A stretch of DNA of 64,000 bases from Vulcanimicrobiales bacterium (lineage in GTDB: Bacteria > Vulcanimicrobiota > Vulcanimicrobiia > Vulcanimicrobiales > Vulcanimicrobiaceae): contig JBBQQR010000004.1 in NCBI GenBank assembly GCA_038215615.1, forward strand, positions 64,001-128,000, written 5' to 3'. Both the position numbers and the translations under genes were made by a program. This document shows positions 58,030 to 64,000 of the stretch, one piece after another. Below the pieces are notes generated by a model, which made no database searches, was not told the DNA's origin, and saw nothing but the letters and a program-made list of their open reading frames with translations. Position 1 is the stretch's first letter. Each line of letters starts with the position of its first letter.

Positions 58030-59403
58030 TCACCCTGTCCGGGGGGCTCGCCTGCTCATGGCCTTCGACGAGGCCCACCCGCGCCAGAGCGCCAGCGGAA
58101 CGCCTACCACTATACCCCCGGCGGCGTATATTTGCGAGGTTCGATCCTCAAAAATTACAGTCGCGCCCAAGACGACCATGAGCGCCACCAGGCCGATCCC
58201 CGGGATGACCACCCCCGTCCAGCGGAAGGCGGGCTGCGCCCAAAATATCCGTACCGCAGCGGCGGCGCTGGCGGCAAAGAGCAAGCCTAAGAACAGCGAG
58301 CTGCCGTTGACGACGAAATCCAGCTGGGCGCGGGCGCTGGGCGAAAGTCCGGTGAGCAGCTCCACGCCGATCACCAGGAGTGCCGTCGCTACCAGCGACC
58401 AGAACGGCTCTTCGCGCGCGTCGAGCGTGCCGAGCGCGCGCGGCAGCACACGGTCGCGACCCATCGCGAAGATCGAGCGCGAGAGATAGAGCAGCGTCGT
58501 CCACAAAGCGGAACTGGTCGAAACTAGGACGGTCGTTAGAATGACCGGCCGCCAGAGCGGCGCCCCCAATAAATCCGCCACATAACGCATCGCGTCCGCC
58601 TCATTCGCTTTGAATCCGCCAAGCGTGCCGAGACGGTCGAACGCAAACATTGCCACCGCCAGTGTTGCGGTCGTTAGGAGCAAGCCCGTTATGCCGCCGC
58701 GTCCCGAGGCCGTCGGATCCTTTGCCACTTCTTCGGACGTGGCGGCGGACAGCTCCCAACCATCGCTCATCCAAACGCCCAGCGTCATCGCATAGACGAA
58801 ACCAAAACCGCTAAATGCTAGTGCTTTCACGTCGCTTCCCGACGCCGCGTGCGCGACGGCCGCGTGCGGCGACAGCCACGCGAAAACCGCCGCCACCGCA
58901 ACGACGCCGATCTCGAGCGCTAGCGCGGCGGCGGTAACGATTGCCGTCGGACGCACGCCCGCATAGAGCAGCACCGCACTGCCGGCGATCCACGCGGCGC
59001 CGACGGCGGCATCCCAGATCGGATTTTGCGCGCGGCCCGGCGCGAGCAGGTCGAGCGTATAAATACCCGCCGGTACCGCCGTCGCCAGCGTCGCGAAAAC
59101 ATTTGAAAGGATCAGCAACCACGCTCCGTACGCGCCGGCATACGATCCGAACGCCATGCGAATCCACGAATACGACGATCCGGCATCGGGCGCGACGCGC
59201 GAGAGCTGCGCATACCCGATGGCAATGCACAGCATGATCGCGGAAACCGAAAGCAGCGAAAGCGGCGCGAACGTTCCGGCCGCCACGATCATCGGTCCCA
59301 TCGTCGACGCCAGGCTGTAGGCCGGCGCCATCGAGGCCGACGACAGCACCGAAATATCGAAGAACCGCAGGACGCGGGGGAGGTGGCGTGAGCCCTTCGT
59401 CAT
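58030..59403 (-). CDS. APC family amino acid permease
   Basis: MAPAYS, PDAGSSYSW, GWE...EE and R.IFAMGRD.VLP motifs; about 12 TM. Confidence 0.88.
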   Translation of the reverse strand: MTKGSRHLPRVLRFFDISVLSSASMAPAYSLASTMGPMIVAAGTFAPLSLLSVSAIMLCIAIGYAQLSRVAPDAGSSYSWIRMAFGSYAGAYGAWLLILSNVFATLATAVPAGIYTLDLLAPGRAQNPIWDAAVGAAWIAGSAVLLYAGVRPTAIVTAAALALEIGVVAVAAVFAWLSPHAAVAHAASGSDVKALAFSGFGFVYAMTLGVWMSDGWELSAATSEEVAKDPTASGRGGITGLLLTTATLAVAMFAFDRLGTLGGFKANEADAMRYVADLLGAPLWRPVILTTVLVSTSSALWTTLLYLSRSIFAMGRDRVLPRALGTLDAREEPFWSLVATALLVIGVELLTGLSPSARAQLDFVVNGSSLFLGLLFAASAAAAVRIFWAQPAFRWTGVVIPGIGLVALMVVLGATVIFEDRTSQIYAAGGIVVGVPLALWRGWASSKAMSRRAPRTG

Positions 59404-59417
59404 GCGCCCATCGGGCG

Positions 59418-59451
59418 CTGCTCAGGGTCGTTCGACAAGCTCACGATGACA
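59418..59451 (+). repeat. 34-bp REP-like direct repeat, copy 1
   Basis: CTGCTCAGGGTCGTTCGACAAGCTCACGATGACA; 32/34 identical to 63185-63218. Confidence 0.85.
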
Positions 59452-60349
59452 ATGCAATAACCCGTGGCTTTAGATGCAATTCGTGGAGCACGCGCTCGTA
59501 GTCTTCGGGCGTAACGTCGGCCCACTTCTTCCCAAGCAACGCCAGCAGCGCAGCTTCGACGACGTTGGTTCCAAAGGAGCGCCCTTGAAAGTCGGGCGTC
59601 GTCGTGATGAGCATCTTGACGCCGCGCGTGCGCAGCTCGTCGACGTCTTTCTCCGTCACCGTGTTCGTGAGGACGATTTTTCCGTTCAAGTCGTCCGGCA
59701 TGAACTGACGCATGAAATGATAGTCGCCCGCGATAATTTCCGCGTCACGATAATACTGCGGATATTTGGGCTTCGGCGGCTGGTCTTGCTTCTTGCCGGT
59801 CGGATAGAAAAACTGAAACGGGAGTTTGCACGCATCCGGCAGATACTTTTCGGCCATCGCTTCGAACTCGTGCAAGCCTTTGACCGGCTTGTCGAGATCG
59901 AGCGCGAAGATGAAATCGCCGAAGAGCACGTCGGCGCCGGCATCCACGAGCGCCTGGGCCATGCCGAAGCGGTCGAGCGCGCTGACCATCAGCACTTTCT
60001 TGCCCTTGAGGTCGATGCCGAGTTCTTCTTGCATGAACCGTACCGCTTCACGCTCGAGCGTATTCTTCAGGCCGCTGCCGTCCACGACCGGCGTCACCTT
60101 TGCAGCTTCGAGCAGACGCAAGCCGTCACGCAGCGCAAACCGGTGCTTGCCGGCGTAGAGATACACATCGATTCCGCCCAGGCCTATCGCGTCGACCTTA
60201 CCGTCCAACTCTTTAACTTTCGCAATTGCTTCGTCGAGCTTGCCATCGGTGCCGACGCGCGAAATCTCAAAATTTTCGCCGAGCAGGTTTACTTTCGCGC
60301 TGTGATCGCGCGCGCTCGATCCGAGCGACACCGAAACGACTTTTTTCAT
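59441..60349 (-). CDS. conserved hypothetical dehydrogenase-like protein (family often labelled quinate 5-dehydrogenase)
   Basis: MKKVVSVSLGSS.RDH, VDAIGLGG, VVDGSGLKNTLE and GRSFGTNVVEA motifs; ATGA overlap. Confidence 0.75.
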   Translation of the reverse strand: MKKVVSVSLGSSARDHSAKVNLLGENFEISRVGTDGKLDEAIAKVKELDGKVDAIGLGGIDVYLYAGKHRFALRDGLRLLEAAKVTPVVDGSGLKNTLEREAVRFMQEELGIDLKGKKVLMVSALDRFGMAQALVDAGADVLFGDFIFALDLDKPVKGLHEFEAMAEKYLPDACKLPFQFFYPTGKKQDQPPKPKYPQYYRDAEIIAGDYHFMRQFMPDDLNGKIVLTNTVTEKDVDELRTRGVKMLITTTPDFQGRSFGTNVVEAALLALLGKKWADVTPEDYERVLHELHLKPRVIALSS

Positions 60350-61479
60350 GCTATTCCTTGGGGCGCCGGACTCGCTCGTCTCAACTCGGCAGCGTGGCGT
60401 ATCGCCGCGATTTTTTCCGGAGTAATGGCGGCGTCGAAAGCGCGCATGTCGGCAAGCGTGAAGCCGTCTTTCTCCGCGAGCTGCCCGATTTCGATAACCT
60501 TGTCGACGTCGATTCCGCGACCGAGCGAGTATGGTTCGAGCCGGTTTTCGAGCGCAAGCACCATCGTCTCGCTCATGCATGCGAGCGCGGTGCGCGGCGG
60601 CAGATTCAAATCGAAGTCTTGGCCGGGTTCGCGTACGCGTTCGAAGCGGGGATTGCCCGGCAGCAGCATGTTACCGCCTTCGACTACCAAAACGTCGGCA
60701 CGTTCTTGCGCGACGCGGCGGCTGACGTCGTGCGGCAGCGACAGCTCGCAGACGACGGCGCCCGTCTGTAAATCTTCGGGCTCGATGACGTCTTGCGTGG
60801 AGCTGGTCGCGGTCAGAATCAGCTGCCCCTGACGAACGGCCGACGAGAGATCCGTCGTATAAGACGATTCGCACGGTAACTCGCCGGCAATCGATTCGTG
60901 AAATTTCGCCAGCCGCGTATTGTTGCGCGCGACCAGAATCAACCGCTTCACGCGCGGTGCAATCAATTTTGCACAGGCCGACCCAATCGAGCCGGTCGCA
61001 CCGACGACGACGGCGGTCGCTTCCGATGCATCGATCCCCAGCTCGCGCGCGCCGCGAAAGAGGCTGGCGATGCCAGCCCAAATCGTCAGCGAATTTCCGG
61101 TCGTCACCGGAACGGGCGAACGTTCGGCCACCGTGACACCGCCGTCACCCACAACGCCGGTAAATGCACCGAGTCCCGCGATTCCGGCGCCAAGTTCGGT
61201 GCCGATTTCGATCGCGCGCAATATACGCTCGTAGACTTTCTCGCGCGGGAATCCAATGATCTGTTCGGGCAAGAGCGCCGCTGAAACGAACCAGCCTTCG
61301 GTTTCACGTCCGTCGGGCGTCCGGATGCCCGTGACATGCGCCACGTTCCACGCCGGCATCCATTCCATGATCTTCCGGATGATCGGCGCGCCCTTGCCCT
61401 TCGCACTGGGCTCATAACGCACCACATCTTCCAGCGAGAGCGGGTGGATCACAAAACAAAACTTCGGAGTGTTAACCAT
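60346..61479 (-). CDS. acyl-ACP reductase-like NAD(P)-dependent dehydrogenase
   Basis: KFCFVIHP, GLGAFT, TTGNSLT, VVGATGSIG (Rossmann) and LACMSETMVLALE (catalytic-type Cys). Confidence 0.8.
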   Translation of the reverse strand: MVNTPKFCFVIHPLSLEDVVRYEPSAKGKGAPIIRKIMEWMPAWNVAHVTGIRTPDGRETEGWFVSAALLPEQIIGFPREKVYERILRAIEIGTELGAGIAGLGAFTGVVGDGGVTVAERSPVPVTTGNSLTIWAGIASLFRGARELGIDASEATAVVVGATGSIGSACAKLIAPRVKRLILVARNNTRLAKFHESIAGELPCESSYTTDLSSAVRQGQLILTATSSTQDVIEPEDLQTGAVVCELSLPHDVSRRVAQERADVLVVEGGNMLLPGNPRFERVREPGQDFDLNLPPRTALACMSETMVLALENRLEPYSLGRGIDVDKVIEIGQLAEKDGFTLADMRAFDAAITPEKIAAIRHAAELRRASPAPQGIA

Positions 61480-61912
61480 GGGTTTCGGCTTCCCGTTTGA
61501 GCGCCGCCAGCATCATCTCGCTGTTTTCACGCACTTTACGTTCCAGCGTCGGGCCGATCAGCTCCGCCAGCGTCGGAACGCCGAAATCGTAGTCCACGCT
61601 CAGCACGACATGCGTTTTGCCATCCTGCCCGGCGAACGTCCAACTGCCTTCGAACTTATCCAGATCGCCTTCGAGCAGTTTGTAATCGATCCGCAAATTG
61701 GCGTCGTCGAAACGATCCTCTTCGGTCCATTCGATGGGCGCTTCTTCGACCAAAGTTTTCCAGCGCGTCAACATATGGTCGGAGTGGCGTTCGAGGATAG
61801 TGACCGATTCGACGTCGGGCATAAACTCCGGAAAACGATCCTGTTGTTTGGCCAATTCATAGACGGCGCGAGCTGGAGCTGCGATCGCGATCGACGTTTC
61901 AACATAAGGCAT
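61472..61912 (-). CDS. SRPBCC/START-fold (polyketide cyclase/Coq10-like) protein
   Basis: I.APARAVY...RFPEFMPDVESV and EGDLDKFEGSWTF motifs. Confidence 0.85.
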   Translation of the reverse strand: MPYVETSIAIAAPARAVYELAKQQDRFPEFMPDVESVTILERHSDHMLTRWKTLVEEAPIEWTEEDRFDDANLRIDYKLLEGDLDKFEGSWTFAGQDGKTHVVLSVDYDFGVPTLAELIGPTLERKVRENSEMMLAALKREAETHG

Positions 61913-61921
61913 GTGCTGCTA

Positions 61922-63211
61922 CTACAGAGCGCCGAGCTTCTCGCGGGCGGTGGACAGCCCTGCCTCGAGAGCTGCCAGCGCTTTATCGATCTCGGCCTCG
62001 GTCACGACGAGCGGCGGTTCGAGCCGAATGACGCGCTGCATGTTCAGCGTCCAAGCGGCCGTGACGCCGTGTTTTAGCATCTCAGGAATGATCCAGCCGC
62101 CGTAGCCTTCGCTGGTCAGTTCCACGCCGACGAGCAATCCAAGTCCGCGCGCCTCGCGCGCCACACCGGGATATTTGCGGGTCAGCTCCTGCGCGCCCGA
62201 GAGCAACTGCGCACCGCGGACGCGGGCGTTCTCGACGAGGTCTTCTTCAACCAGGGCGTCCATTGCCGCGAGCGCCGCAGCGCACGCAATTTCGCTGCCG
62301 CCGAACGTGGACGTGTGCATGACCGGATGTTTGGCGTACCCCGCGTTCCACACCGGTGTGCGCGCGATGTAGGCGCCCACGGGAATCACTCCGCCTGAAA
62401 GCCCTTTGGCCAACGTCATGATATCGGGGACGACGCCGTCGCGATCGCAGGCGAACATCGTGCCGCAGCGGCCCAACCCGGTCTGCACTTCATCGGCGAT
62501 GAGCAGCGCGCCCGTCCGGTCGCAGATCTCGCGCACCTCGGCTAAATACCCGGCGGCCGGAACGTTCACGCCCCCCTCTCCCTGCACGGGCTCGACGATG
62601 AACGCCGCCGCATCGCTCAGCGCGTCTTCCAAACCCACAGTCGAACCATAATCCAGGTGCGCGACGTCTTCGAGCAGCGGCGCGTACGTATCTTTGAAAT
62701 ATTCGCGGCCGCTGGCCGAAAGAGAACCGAGCGTCTTGCCGTGAAAGGCATCGCGCGTCGCCACGATCGCCCGGCGCTTGGTGGCCGCGCGCGCGAGTTT
62801 GATCGCGCCTTCCACGGCTTCGGTTCCGCTGTTGCAAAAAAACGAGATTTTCAGATCGCCCGGCGCGAGCTCGGCGAGCCGCTTCGACGCGCGCCCGAGC
62901 ATGATATTGAACATCGTCTTGCCCGAAAGCGCCATCATATCGAGTTGCGCTTTAACCGCGGCTACCACTTTGGGATGCCGGTGCCCAAGCGTGAAGACGC
63001 CGTATCCGCCCGCAAAATCCAAATACGCCTTGCCGTTTTGATCCCAAATCGTGCAGCCTTGCGCGCGCACTTCCACGGGACTGCCCGACACTTTCATCAC
63101 GCGGGCGAGCGTCGGGTTTACGTAGAGTTTGTAATTCTCGTACGTTTCATCGTATAACCCCTCGACTGGGCCACCTGCGGTGTCCTGCTCGGGGTCGTTC
63201 GACAAGCTCAC
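61922..63211 (-). CDS. class III PLP-dependent aminotransferase
   Basis: NSGTEAVE, FHGKT, EPVQGEGG, DEVQTGLGRCG, LAKGLSGG and STFGG motifs. Confidence 0.92.
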   Translation of the reverse strand: MSLSNDPEQDTAGGPVEGLYDETYENYKLYVNPTLARVMKVSGSPVEVRAQGCTIWDQNGKAYLDFAGGYGVFTLGHRHPKVVAAVKAQLDMMALSGKTMFNIMLGRASKRLAELAPGDLKISFFCNSGTEAVEGAIKLARAATKRRAIVATRDAFHGKTLGSLSASGREYFKDTYAPLLEDVAHLDYGSTVGLEDALSDAAAFIVEPVQGEGGVNVPAAGYLAEVREICDRTGALLIADEVQTGLGRCGTMFACDRDGVVPDIMTLAKGLSGGVIPVGAYIARTPVWNAGYAKHPVMHTSTFGGSEIACAAALAAMDALVEEDLVENARVRGAQLLSGAQELTRKYPGVAREARGLGLLVGVELTSEGYGGWIIPEMLKHGVTAAWTLNMQRVIRLEPPLVVTEAEIDKALAALEAGLSTAREKLGAL

Positions 63212-63218
63212 GACGACA
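63185..63218 (+). repeat. 34-bp REP-like direct repeat, copy 2
   Basis: CTGCTCGGGGTCGTTCGACAAGCTCACGACGACA; contains the GTG start of the aminotransferase on the minus strand. Confidence 0.85.
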
Positions 63219-63220
63219 TA

Positions 63221-64000
63221 CTAAGCGGCGATGGAACGCTCTAGAGATTCGATGGTTTCCTCGACGACCGCGATGACGTCTTGCGCTCTATCGAGGCGCA
63301 TGATTCGTTCGCGCAAAACCGCCGCGCCGGAAATACCCTTCAAGTAGAGCGCAATATGCTTGCGCATCTGCGGGACGGCGCGCGTTTCGCCAAGTTCTTC
63401 GAGCATTGCGCGGTAGTGCACGCCGATGGCGTAGCGCAGGCGATCGGCTGCGGATGGCACGGCTTGCGCCGCGCGGCCTTCCATCAGATCGCGGATCTGC
63501 GAGATGAGCCACGGGTTGCCGAGCGTGGCGCGACCGAGCATGATCGCGTCCACACCGCTCTCGCGCATGCGATTCATCGCTTCGTGCGCGTCGGCAAGAT
63601 CGCCGTTGCCGATCACGGGAATATCCACCGACTGCTTCAAGCGCTTGATGTGCGCCCAGTCGGCGTTGCCTTTATAGAACTGCTTCGCTGTGCGCGCGTG
63701 CAGCGTCAGCGCTTTCACGCCGGCCTTTTGCGCGCGCTGCGCGGCTTCAACGTAGACAAGCTTATCTTCGCTCCAGCCGAGTCGCATCTTCATCGTCACC
63801 GGACAATCGACGGCTTCAACAACGGCGCGCATGATCGCCTCGCAGCGATCGAGATCGCGCAAGCATGCCGAGCCGCCGTTCGTTTTCGTGACCTTGGGAG
63901 CCGGACAGCCGAAGTTGATGTCCACGATGTCGGCGCCGCACTCGCGTACGATCTTCGCCGCCTTCGCCATCACTGCCGGATCGTCACCCCAGAGCTGCGT
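63221..64000 (-). CDS. dusB: tRNA dihydrouridine synthase (5' end outside window)
   Basis: QLWG, DINFGCP, KMRLGW, HART, GNGD and GRA.LGNPW motifs. Confidence 0.93.
   Translation of the reverse strand, partial: TQLWGDDPAVMAKAAKIVRECGADIVDINFGCPAPKVTKTNGGSACLRDLDRCEAIMRAVVEAVDCPVTMKMRLGWSEDKLVYVEAAQRAQKAGVKALTLHARTAKQFYKGNADWAHIKRLKQSVDIPVIGNGDLADAHEAMNRMRESGVDAIMLGRATLGNPWLISQIRDLMEGRAAQAVPSAADRLRYAIGVHYRAMLEELGETRAVPQMRKHIALYLKGISGAAVLRERIMRLDRAQDVIAVVEETIESLERSIAA

Noticed and set aside
56656..58290. 544-aa plus-strand ORF, and similar long antisense ORFs such as 59474-60832, 46048-47154 and 35812-36873
   Set aside because: Antisense shadows of well-supported genes, expected in GC-rich DNA; no motifs
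59441..60580. 379-aa version of the last operon gene
   Set aside because: The extension overlaps the reductase gene; ATGA overlap at 60349 gives the typical MKKVVSVSLG start
1..64000. CRISPR array, cas genes, transposase, integrase or prophage
   Set aside because: No regularly spaced repeat-spacer array or recognisable motifs found by eye; the repeats found are dispersed

Overview
GC-rich bacterial chromosomal window. The Firmicutes-like gene order (rplI-lonC-dnaB, secD-secF-helicase...apt-relA, dusB...greA-lysS) combined with a diderm-type TonB-dependent receptor suggests Eremiobacterota/Vulcanimicrobiota (inference only). Most genes are housekeeping: lysA, dacB, msrA/B, 2-oxoacid:ferredoxin oxidoreductase, dnaB, ribosomal proteins, relA, apt, secDF, metF, truA, lysS, greA, dusB. 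Accessory DNA includes a Dam-like methylase/nuclease pair and an HNH endonuclease flanking tRNA-Thr(CGT), and a ~12 kb block separating ssb from rpsR (cytochrome P460-multiheme fusion, HiPIP, rhodanese-MBL, MoaD/beta-propeller). Most notable observations: (1) several genes whose conserved N-terminus has no canonical start codon and begins at the upstream stop codon (CTAA/GTAA in place of ATGA/GTGA; lysS in frame behind the greA TAG); (2) a family of short palindromic repeats inserted in-frame into proteins and flanking a four-gene operon; (3) that operon (acyl-ACP-reductase-like + class III aminotransferase + SRPBCC + paralog) looks like a fatty-amine pathway; (4) single-arginine Tat-like signal peptides. 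No CRISPR array, transposase or integrase was seen. All family calls are by motif recognition, not database search.
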